Positions 29,863 through 37,912 of a stretch of DNA of 64,000 nt are shown piece by piece. The notes under the pieces were generated by a model. It was not told the origin of the DNA. It ran no database searches and was given only the letters and a program-made list of their open reading frames with translations. Each line of letters starts with the position of its first letter. Position 1 is the stretch's first letter. The stretch lies in assembly GCA_900549825.1 (NCBI GenBank), contig URQB01000003.1, forward strand, positions 46,117 through 110,116, read 5' to 3'. Position numbers and translations under genes: made by a program. The DNA comes from an uncultured Oscillospiraceae bacterium (GTDB lineage: Bacteria > Bacillota > Clostridia > Oscillospirales > Acutalibacteraceae).

Positions 29863-32214
29863 ATGAGCTTGCAGATACTTTCTCTCAATTCCAATCAGGT
29901 ACCCTCCTGTGCCGCCGCTCAGGAGAAAATCCTGGCGCTTCTTTCCGGCGGCGCGGATCTGAATCCCAGGCAGTTTGGCACGGCCAAGGAGCTGTTTTAC
30001 GCCCTTGCGGAGGCGCTGAAGACTGCCCGGACGATTTTGCTTCTTGTGGAGCCGGACCGTTATCTCCGCACCAAGGAGCAGCTGATGCGCGCAATGGGCC
30101 TGTCTGCCGTGCCGAATCCGGAGCTGCTGGAAGCGCTGCGGAAAAGCCCTGTCCAGCTCCCGGAGGAGGAGCTCGCCTGCCATGCGGCGGTTCCCGTGGG
30201 CGCGGCGGCATTCCCAACGCAGGATGGCCTTTTTTCCGGGTTTATGCTGACGGCAGGGCGGCAGACGATTTTATTCCTTCCTTTGGATAACCGCAGGATT
30301 GATGGGATTCTGCAGGCGGAAGCGGGCGCGTTCCTTTCCGGCTTACAGCTGGTCCGGCAAACGCGCGAGGTACAGCCGCAGATCGTTACGGAAGAAAAAC
30401 AGAAGGAGGCAGGCCAGTCTCCGGCAGCAGAGGAGGACGAAGCGGCTGAAGCGGCCTCCGCACAGCCATCCGGCCAATCACATGCGCATAGGGCGCTGGA
30501 AGCTTTGGAAGCCGGTGATCTCCGCGTTGCCTTCGCCGCGACGCCTACGGCAGAATTCCTGCGGGAGGCGGCAGGAGGGAACGATACCGCCGAACGGCGA
30601 TTGGTTTATAGCAACGTTTTCCGCGAGCCCGGAGAGGAGCCGGCTAAGCAGTATGTGGCGGAGCTCGCCCGCCAGGCGATGCAGGAGGAAGGCACGCAGC
30701 TCGGCGCCGCGATCACGAACGTATATACGGTCAAAAAAGAAGGCAGGGTGGAGACCTTCCTGCTGATTGCCGTGGCAGATGAAAACGGCGCGCAGGTGCG
30801 CCGCTTATATGCGCAGCCCGACGAGCATCCCGGCCTTTTAATCGGGGACGGCGTCCAGTCCCTGTATGAACTGATTGAACAGGCGGCCCAAAAGGAGCCG
30901 GAGGAGCCGGAAGCGCGCCCTGCCCACTGGAAGGCGTTTGCAGCGGTATTAAGCGTATTGCTCTCCCTTGCGGTCCTTCTCTGCATCGGCACCGGAATTT
31001 TCCTGCGCTTCAGGGAGGACAATTCCTCCCAGCAGGCTTCTCTTTCCTCCGCCAATACCCCGGCAATCCAGCAGATGCAGCCGTCGGATCCGGTCGATGC
31101 ATCGAACTCCTCCATGGATGGTTCGCAAACATCTGACACAGATTCTCAGCCTGCCCCGGCCTCTTCCGCGCAGACCCCAACCATATCCGCTCTCAGAAAA
31201 CCTGCGGCACCTGCCAGGGATCAGGCGATTCTGGATGAGGTTGCGCAGGCAATGGAGGACGAGCTGAATGCCGGCGGGAAAAAGGAGGAGGAAACCTCAA
31301 AGCGGCCGGAGACCACCGCAAATCCGGAGACCACCGCTGGCAAAGGCGATCCGGATTCTACCAAAACGACGGCGCAAACTGCACTTCCGCCTGATCAGGG
31401 CCCCACTACGCGGCCTTCCGCGCAGAAGGAAAGCGGAAAATTTGTTTTTACGGTTTACGGCTATGGGCACGGTGTTGGAATGAGCCAGTTCGGCGCCAAC
31501 GAGTTCGCCAAAAGCGGATGGAATTATCAGCAGATCCTGCTGCACTATTTCCCCGGCGTCCAGATGCAGAAGATGGACAGCCGCTATCCGAAGACGCTGG
31601 AGGTGAATGGCCAGCAGGTGGATACCAAGGTTGTCCTCGCGCGCATCCTGGAAAAGGAGATGGGCGGATCCTATCATCTGGAGGCCCTCAAAGCGCAGGC
31701 TGTCGCCGCTTATACCTATATTTTGCGCCAGAATCGTGTCACCGGAGTTGCGATCGGCAGCACGTATTCCGCGCGCGCCATGCAGGCGGTGGAAGCTGTG
31801 CTCGGCGAATATATGACCTATCACGGTGAACCGATCCTTGCGACCTTTTTCGCGTATTCCGCGGGAAAAACAACGGATGTGCGCACGGTCTGGGGCGGCA
31901 GCGGTTATCCATACCTCCAGGGAGGCTGCACAAGCCCTGGGGACAAAAACCATAATAACTATCAAACGAAGTATACCATCACGTGCGAGGCGCTCCGCAG
32001 CCGTGTGAAAAGTGCACTGGGAATTGAGTTGGCCGGCGATCCGTCCAAATGGATGAAAATCAAGTCGCACGACGCGGCGGTCAGCAGCTCGGTGGGCTAC
32101 GTCTCCTCCATTCAGGTTGGCTCGAAAACGCTGAGCGGGCAGGATTTCCGGGCAAAGGTGATGGATTACGATATCCGTTCCCATTGCTTTACGGTTACAT
32201 ATGTACCGGATTGA
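29863..32214 (+). CDS. SpoIID/LytB domain-containing membrane protein
   Basis: The C-terminus has FVFTVYGYGHGVGMSQFGANEFAKSGWNYQQILLHYFPG (SpoIID signature). It is preceded by a ~350-aa cytoplasmic region, one TM segment (AFAAVLSVLLSLAVLLCIGTGIF) and a Ser/Pro/Thr-rich linker. Confidence 0.8.
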   Translation: MSLQILSLNSNQVPSCAAAQEKILALLSGGADLNPRQFGTAKELFYALAEALKTARTILLLVEPDRYLRTKEQLMRAMGLSAVPNPELLEALRKSPVQLPEEELACHAAVPVGAAAFPTQDGLFSGFMLTAGRQTILFLPLDNRRIDGILQAEAGAFLSGLQLVRQTREVQPQIVTEEKQKEAGQSPAAEEDEAAEAASAQPSGQSHAHRALEALEAGDLRVAFAATPTAEFLREAAGGNDTAERRLVYSNVFREPGEEPAKQYVAELARQAMQEEGTQLGAAITNVYTVKKEGRVETFLLIAVADENGAQVRRLYAQPDEHPGLLIGDGVQSLYELIEQAAQKEPEEPEARPAHWKAFAAVLSVLLSLAVLLCIGTGIFLRFREDNSSQQASLSSANTPAIQQMQPSDPVDASNSSMDGSQTSDTDSQPAPASSAQTPTISALRKPAAPARDQAILDEVAQAMEDELNAGGKKEEETSKRPETTANPETTAGKGDPDSTKTTAQTALPPDQGPTTRPSAQKESGKFVFTVYGYGHGVGMSQFGANEFAKSGWNYQQILLHYFPGVQMQKMDSRYPKTLEVNGQQVDTKVVLARILEKEMGGSYHLEALKAQAVAAYTYILRQNRVTGVAIGSTYSARAMQAVEAVLGEYMTYHGEPILATFFAYSAGKTTDVRTVWGGSGYPYLQGGCTSPGDKNHNNYQTKYTITCEALRSRVKSALGIELAGDPSKWMKIKSHDAAVSSSVGYVSSIQVGSKTLSGQDFRAKVMDYDIRSHCFTVTYVPD

Positions 32215-32301
32215 TCAAAAAGATGGGCGATTGAACAGCGGCAGTCTCGGACTGGCCGCTGTTTTTATGTTGTAAGGGAATCAAAAAATGTTCAAAGATA
32301 A

Positions 32302-32595
32302 CCGTTTCCATCCGGCCCGACGGCTCCAGGGACGAAACAGGCGGAGAAACCGGCACAGGCAGAGACTGGCGCCACTTCAGAGCAGACAAAGATACCTGAT
32401 CAGGCGGAGACGAAATCTGACTTCGGCGCGGGCAGTCCGGAGATTCCGAATACCGGCAGCGGCGCTTTTGCAGCGATGCTTGCAGTGTTTGTGATCAGTG
32501 CGGCGGGAAACATCCCGGCCGCTGGAAACGCAGCTGCCACGATATTTATTTGGAAAATAGTAGAAATAAATCCAACTGATACAATGAATTTTTAG
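32302..32595 (+). pseudogene. Start-less C-terminal remnant of a sortase-substrate protein
   Basis: The open frame after TAA at 32299 reads PFPSGPTAPGTKQAEKPAQAETGATSEQTKIPDQAETKSDFGAGSPEIPNTGSGAFAAMLAVFVISAAG... The motif IPNTG (32443-32457) plus a hydrophobic segment mirrors the C-terminus of the next gene. No start codon or RBS. Confidence 0.5.
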
Positions 32596-32698
32596 ATGAA
32601 TTTTATAGTTTGTGTAATTCAGGAAAATAAAATGATCAACACTGTGTTTATAATATAGTCATACAGAGCATTTGATTTGGGAAAAGGAGGATTCAATC

Positions 32699-35308
32699 AT
32701 GACGTGGAAAAAATGGATGTCCGGTGTGCTGTGCGTTGTTTTGGCTGTCTCTGTTTTAGCGGCTCCCATGGCGTCGGCCGCAGGTCAGAAGGGGATCACC
32801 ATCACAGAAAGCGGCTACTACATGAAGAAGCTATCCAATCCGACGTTGGGCGAAGGCGAGGCGGACGGCCTGGTTACGCCGGGCGACCGTTTCAACAGCT
32901 ATGGCTGGGCGACCGGAGAGCTGGGAGACTATATTTATGTCGGTTCCAACCGAAACCTGGTAGGCGGTACGGCAACCTCCTATGCGGCCGCCGTCGGCGT
33001 GCCGAAGGAGACGCTCAGCGCCATTTTAAAGGCGTTTACCAATGATGAGATCGCCGTGACACCGGACGATGAGCTGACGAAGGGCGGCGTGATTGTACGG
33101 TACAATAAGACGACGGGTGAGATGGAAACGGTGTTCCTGCCCAATAATAGCATGCCGTCTCCTTTCAATGATATCACCGGTTACCGCATGTGCGTCGCAT
33201 TCAAAGGGAGCTTGTATTTTGGCACCACGGGGTCAGAAAACACCATGCTCATCCGAATCGGCCCGGATTTCCAGCCGGGCGATCTGCCGGAGATCATCGT
33301 ACATATGACGAAGCCCGAGGGAACGGGCATGGGCAATATCCGCGCCTACGATGTGACGGACGACGGCGAGCGGCTGTATATCGGTGGTACGGATGCCACG
33401 CTGCTGACAGAGGAGGATAAGGCGAACAATATCTCCTCTGCCGTGCATATTCAGACCTCCACGGACGGTGAGCACTTTGAGACAATCGCCTGCCCGGGCG
33501 ACTTTTATCCGTATAATACGCTTGAAAATGTTAATGTAGCAGGCGACGTATGGGATTTGGTGGTCTATCAGGGTGAAGTTTACCTGTCCCTGATGACGAA
33601 TCTTGGCGCTGCTGTCTATAAGGGCGTCGAGGTTGGAAAAGGCGCGCCGGGCGCGAATGCCTACGGTTGGAAATGGTCGGAATACATTGGCAATGGTATC
33701 GGCGTACAAGGGGATCCAATCTGCCCTGCTGGATTCGGCAATCCGAAAAATTACGCCGTCTCTCCGGTTGTTTATAAAGGGGATCTTTACTATTTCGTGC
33801 TCTCCAATGCGGTAGACGCGGTGGCTCAGGGCCTGTTTGGAATGCTTGGCTTTTTAAAGACCGGCGATATCAATAAGTACTTCGACTCTCTGAAGATTAT
33901 GGAGAGCAGCATGCAGAACAAGGCGTCTATTTACCGCCTCGATGGTGATCGGAGAGTTGAGATGGTGATGGGGTCGCCGGATGCATACTTCAACAGGGAA
34001 AACGGAAATTATTTATCCGAGACCTATGGCGGCTTCTCTGAGACGGACGGTCTGAGCTGCCTGCAATATATCTGGCGCGCTGCGGAATATAACGGCAAGC
34101 TGATCTTTGGTACCTTCGATGCGTCGACGCTGTACCATGCCTTTACGAAGCTGACCAACGGCGATCTCATCGGCATGCCTGCAGACGAATGCGAGAGCCA
34201 AATTCGCTATGCGGTTGACCTTCTCAATCTGCTCGGTGACAAGCAGCTGATCGATGGGAAGACGGAGGAGCTTTTGGTCGGTATTCTCGGCACGATCAAC
34301 GGGCTGGTGGACAAGCAGGCGACGGAGAAGTCTGTCAAGCAATTGCTTAACGGCGTGCTTCAGTTTAAGAAGGCCTTCGATCAAATCAGTCCGGTTCTCA
34401 ACAAGATCGTCAATGCAGACTGGTTTACCGCAATCGCGGGCTCGGTAAAGGGCCTCCAGGCGCTTCAGGAGCTTTACAGCGCCATCGCAAACGTCAATAC
34501 AGAGGGCTTGGAGCGCTATATCCGCATTTCCAATGCGATCATGGACAATACCGGCGGCTTTGAGCTCTACAGCACAGAGGACGGGGTCCACTATACGCAG
34601 CTCATTGACCACGGCTTCCACGACCGCTTCAATTACGGCTGCCGTTCCTTTATCGTCGGTTCAGACGGCCTGTATATCGGCACGGCGAATCCGTTTTACG
34701 GTGCGCAGCTCTGGAAGATGAATGAGATCACCGCGGATTTGGAGACGCTTTCCGCCGATGGAATCGAATTGAATTTTGATCCGGCCGTTACGGACTATCA
34801 GGCTTCTGTTGCCGCCGATGTGGATGCAATCCATCTGACGGCTGTCGGCGCGGATGCAGGCACTCATGTGCGGATCAACGGGGTTGCAACAGCGGGCGAG
34901 GCCGTACCGGTTGCCCTGCGGGAAGGGCAGAATGTGATCCGAATTGAGACGGCGTCCGTGGACGGGAGCGAAACCGCCGTGTATACGCTGACCGTTACGC
35001 GCGGCACCGTGCCGGCTGGATCGACACAGCCCGATCCCACAGAACCGGATACCCAGGCCCCCACGAAGCCGGAGGTCCCTGGCACAACTATTCCAGACAT
35101 AGAGCAAACGGTGAAGCCAGAGGATATGCAGGCTCCATCCGCATCGGGGGAGACAGAGGCACCTGCACAGACAGAGACGGGACCGGCTTCCAACGCTGAA
35201 CATGTAGAGATTCCGGATACCGGAAGCCATACCTCTGTGTCCATGCTGGCAGTGCTGGCGATGGGTGCGGCTGCGGCAGTGACCCTGAGCCGGAAAAAAC
35301 GTAGATAA
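32699..35308 (+). CDS. Cell-wall-anchored surface protein (cadherin-like beta-sandwich domain, IPDTG sorting signal)
   Basis: AAAGGAGG, then MTWKKWMSGVLCVVLAVSVLAAPMASAA (signal peptide). ...LSADGIELNFDPAVTDYQASVAADVDAIHLTAVGADAGTHVRINGV...YTLTVTR is followed by a Pro/Thr/Glu linker and the C-terminus VEIPDTGSHTSVSMLAVLAMGAAAAVTLSRKKRR. Confidence 0.75.
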   Translation: MTWKKWMSGVLCVVLAVSVLAAPMASAAGQKGITITESGYYMKKLSNPTLGEGEADGLVTPGDRFNSYGWATGELGDYIYVGSNRNLVGGTATSYAAAVGVPKETLSAILKAFTNDEIAVTPDDELTKGGVIVRYNKTTGEMETVFLPNNSMPSPFNDITGYRMCVAFKGSLYFGTTGSENTMLIRIGPDFQPGDLPEIIVHMTKPEGTGMGNIRAYDVTDDGERLYIGGTDATLLTEEDKANNISSAVHIQTSTDGEHFETIACPGDFYPYNTLENVNVAGDVWDLVVYQGEVYLSLMTNLGAAVYKGVEVGKGAPGANAYGWKWSEYIGNGIGVQGDPICPAGFGNPKNYAVSPVVYKGDLYYFVLSNAVDAVAQGLFGMLGFLKTGDINKYFDSLKIMESSMQNKASIYRLDGDRRVEMVMGSPDAYFNRENGNYLSETYGGFSETDGLSCLQYIWRAAEYNGKLIFGTFDASTLYHAFTKLTNGDLIGMPADECESQIRYAVDLLNLLGDKQLIDGKTEELLVGILGTINGLVDKQATEKSVKQLLNGVLQFKKAFDQISPVLNKIVNADWFTAIAGSVKGLQALQELYSAIANVNTEGLERYIRISNAIMDNTGGFELYSTEDGVHYTQLIDHGFHDRFNYGCRSFIVGSDGLYIGTANPFYGAQLWKMNEITADLETLSADGIELNFDPAVTDYQASVAADVDAIHLTAVGADAGTHVRINGVATAGEAVPVALREGQNVIRIETASVDGSETAVYTLTVTRGTVPAGSTQPDPTEPDTQAPTKPEVPGTTIPDIEQTVKPEDMQAPSASGETEAPAQTETGPASNAEHVEIPDTGSHTSVSMLAVLAMGAAAAVTLSRKKRR

Positions 35309-35374
35309 CGGCTTAATGAAACGAAACAATTCATCAAGTAAAAGATGCCCGGCGGTATGTAAATACCGTCGGGC

Positions 35375-35820
35375 GCAGCTTGTCGATAACGTTTAAGAGC
35401 AGAAAAAAGTGCATAAGAAGCATGGTTTCTGATCGCTTTCGTAACCGGCATCTTTATACGCCGCTGGGCGCTGACGGAAGGCCGAGGCAGCACCCGCAGC
35501 AACTCTTCTGCGTGGCTTGTGGGGGAATTTTTGCCCGTAGGGTAAAAACGAACCTTCCCATGTGTTTGAGACGATGTGAATCGTCGAGTTTGGGAAGGTT
35601 CGCCGAACGGGTTTTCACGTGTCTCAATCTTTCTGCTGCCGAAGTGCCGTGCAAAACGGCCCCTTTTGCTTCCTTTTCCGGCCGAACGGAAAAGGAAGGG
35701 CCCGCGCGGCCTGAGCGCGGTTCAATTCTTCTTCCGTTGTCAAGGCAATCAAAAAAGCACGCGTAACGGGGAAATTTTACGAAATGGTGTTGACGAAACG
35801 ATATCCCTTTTTCGACAGGC
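35375..35820 (+). repeat. Full-length copy (C) of the ~450-bp interspersed non-coding repeat
   Basis: It runs from gcagcttgtcgat... to ...gatatccctttttcgacaggc and is near-identical in long blocks to the reverse complement of 37436-37867. Flanking look-alike hairpins lie at 35347-35374 and 35827-35850. Confidence 0.8.
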
Positions 35821-35864
35821 TGGATACCCGACGGTATTTTACCGTCGGGCGTTGTTTTGTGCTT

Positions 35865-36566
35865 TCACCTGTTGTTTTCCTGTTGGAGCTCCTCAAGGTC
35901 CACATAAAACGCTTCGGTTGCAACATCCGGCAATACGTCCTCCTCTTCCTGCGGGAAAGTGGGGATTTCCGCAATCACCTCTACCTTTTGGCCGCGCATC
36001 CATATCGATGGGGTAATACGTACCGTATAACCACAAGCGCTTGGAGTACGCCATTCCGGCATAGGCAGCTCCGGAATACCGAAGGCGGAGAGAACCGTCA
36101 TGATAACGCCGCCGTGCGTGACAATTGCGGCGCTGGTCACATCCGTTTTCATCATACCTTCTACAATTTTTGCAAAGCAGCCGCAAACCCGCGCGGAAAA
36201 TTCCGCATTGGTCTCCCCAAAGGGCGGAGCGGCATCCGGGCCGCCTGCGAGCCAGGAGGCAAAGCCCTCGTCGTCGGCAAGCTGCTCCGGTGTTTTTCCC
36301 TCATATTCGCCGAAATCGTATTCGATGAGCTCGCGCATGACGATGGCTTCACGTTCCGGATAGATCGCGTGTGCGGTCTGTGTGCAGCGCTTGAGCGGGC
36401 TGGTGAAAACAGCCTCTGCATGGGGATAATCCGCCTGCTCCTTAAGCCTGTGGATTTCGGCGACGCCCTCCGGGCTCAGAACCGCATCCGTATGCCCGAT
36501 GTAGCGGCCGGAGGTACTGTCGTCCGTGCGGCCGTTGCGGATGAGATGAATTTGATACGTCTTCAT
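35865..36566 (-). CDS. Histidine phosphatase (phosphoglycerate mutase) family protein, RHG motif reads RNG
   Basis: MKTYQIHLIRNGRTDDSTSGRYIGHTDAVLSPEG...AAIVTHGGVI... 233 aa. Confidence 0.75.
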   Translation of the reverse strand: MKTYQIHLIRNGRTDDSTSGRYIGHTDAVLSPEGVAEIHRLKEQADYPHAEAVFTSPLKRCTQTAHAIYPEREAIVMRELIEYDFGEYEGKTPEQLADDEGFASWLAGGPDAAPPFGETNAEFSARVCGCFAKIVEGMMKTDVTSAAIVTHGGVIMTVLSAFGIPELPMPEWRTPSACGYTVRITPSIWMRGQKVEVIAEIPTFPQEEEDVLPDVATEAFYVDLEELQQENNR

Positions 36567-36683
36567 TTTTCCTCCAAATTATTTTATCATTTTTTGGCAG
36601 TAATCACTATGTACAAATCCAAAACTGTCGTTTATAATTATTTTATAATATACAAGGCGTATTATTTATGGGGGTTCAGGAGG

Positions 36684-37313
36684 ATGAACAAAAGCTTTCC
36701 AACGCGTATGGTTTTGCTGCGTAAGGAGCGGGGGCTGAGCCAGAAAGAAGCAGCCGCCCGCCTCGGTGTATCACAGGCGCTTTTATCTCATTATGAGAAG
36801 GGAATCCGGGAGTGCGGGCTGGATTTCGTTGCGCGCGCTGCGAAGCTTTATCATGTGACCTGCGACTATCTGCTCGGCTGCAGCGAAAGCCGGACGGGAC
36901 TGACTGGATTTTTTACATCGGACGAGCTGGAGCAGGATCGGGAGATGAGCATCAGCACGATTTACCGTGCGGCGGCACGGCTGCTGGAAGCGGTCAATAT
37001 TGAATGGGATACCGTGTTGGGGGATCGGATGCAGTGGCTGTTCACATTATCTGTCTATAATGGGATGGCGGCCTCTTCGCAGGCCGGTTTCCTCCCGAAG
37101 GATGCCGTTCACTTCGATCCACAAGCCGCGGGCCTGCTGACCTGCGGGATGATGGAGGCGATCACGCGTTCGATCGTCAGCTTCGGGGCCGAAGCGGGTG
37201 TGAGCGCGCATGAGGATAAGCTCCCACAGTGTATGCAGACTCTGATCCTGGAATCGGAGAACTATATCAGGCGTAATGTCGACCAGTATCTTTCCGGCGG
37301 GGAGATGCGGTAA
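36684..37313 (+). CDS. XRE-family HTH transcriptional regulator with C-terminal helical domain
   Basis: Only the last 209 codons of ORF 35784..37313 are taken. ATG at 36684 follows CAGGAGG. The product reads MNKSFPTRMVLLRKERGLSQKEAAARLGVSQALLSHYEKGIRECGLDFVARAAKLYHVTCDYLLG. Confidence 0.75.
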   Translation: MNKSFPTRMVLLRKERGLSQKEAAARLGVSQALLSHYEKGIRECGLDFVARAAKLYHVTCDYLLGCSESRTGLTGFFTSDELEQDREMSISTIYRAAARLLEAVNIEWDTVLGDRMQWLFTLSVYNGMAASSQAGFLPKDAVHFDPQAAGLLTCGMMEAITRSIVSFGAEAGVSAHEDKLPQCMQTLILESENYIRRNVDQYLSGGEMR

Positions 37314-37435
37314 TCAATACCAAGCCCCAAATTGATGATTCCATGTTCTCCAAAACGCAGAAATCTCTGATTTCGTGTGTGTTTTGAGAGGTTATTATAC
37401 CACAAAGAGCCTGCATTTTCCATGCAGGCTCTTTT

Positions 37436-37867
37436 CAGCCCGAAAAAGGGATATCGTTTCGTCAAAATGCACAAGAACCATTTCGTAAAATTTTTGCATT
37501 ACGTTTGCCCTTTTGATTGCCTTGACAAGGGAAGAAGAAATTGGAACGCGCTCAGGCCACGCGGGCCCTTCCTTTTCCGTTCGGCCGGAAAAGGAAGCAA
37601 AAGGGGCCGTTTTGCACGGCACTTCGGCAGCAGAAAGATTGAGACACGTGAAAACCCGTTCGGCGAACCTTCCCAAACTCGACGATTCACATCGTCTCAA
37701 ACACATGGAAAGGTTTCCTCACCGAGCCACGCAGATAATTGCTGCGGGCGCTGCCTCGGCCTCCCGACAGCGCCCAGCGGCGCATAAAGATGTCGGTTCC
37801 GAAAACAATCAGAAACCATGCTTTTTTGTGCACTTTTTTCTTCTCTTAGACTTGATCGACAAGCTGC
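37436..37867 (-). repeat. Full-length copy (D) of the interspersed repeat, inverted orientation
   Basis: Its reverse complement starts gcagcttgtcgatcaag... and ends ...gatatccctttttcgggctg. It is bracketed by two copies of aaagagcctgcattttcc(a/g)tgcaggctctttt at 37404-37435 and 37868-37899. Confidence 0.8.
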
Positions 37868-37912
37868 AAAGAGCCTGCATTTTCCGTGCAGGCTCTTTTT
37901 TCGATAAGTTTT

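Noticed and set aside
35784-36683. N-terminal 300 codons of the 509-aa ORF 35784..37313
   Set aside because: This part starts inside the interspersed repeat and runs antisense through the histidine-phosphatase gene. Only the segment from the ATG at 36684, which has a good RBS and an HTH domain, looks coding.
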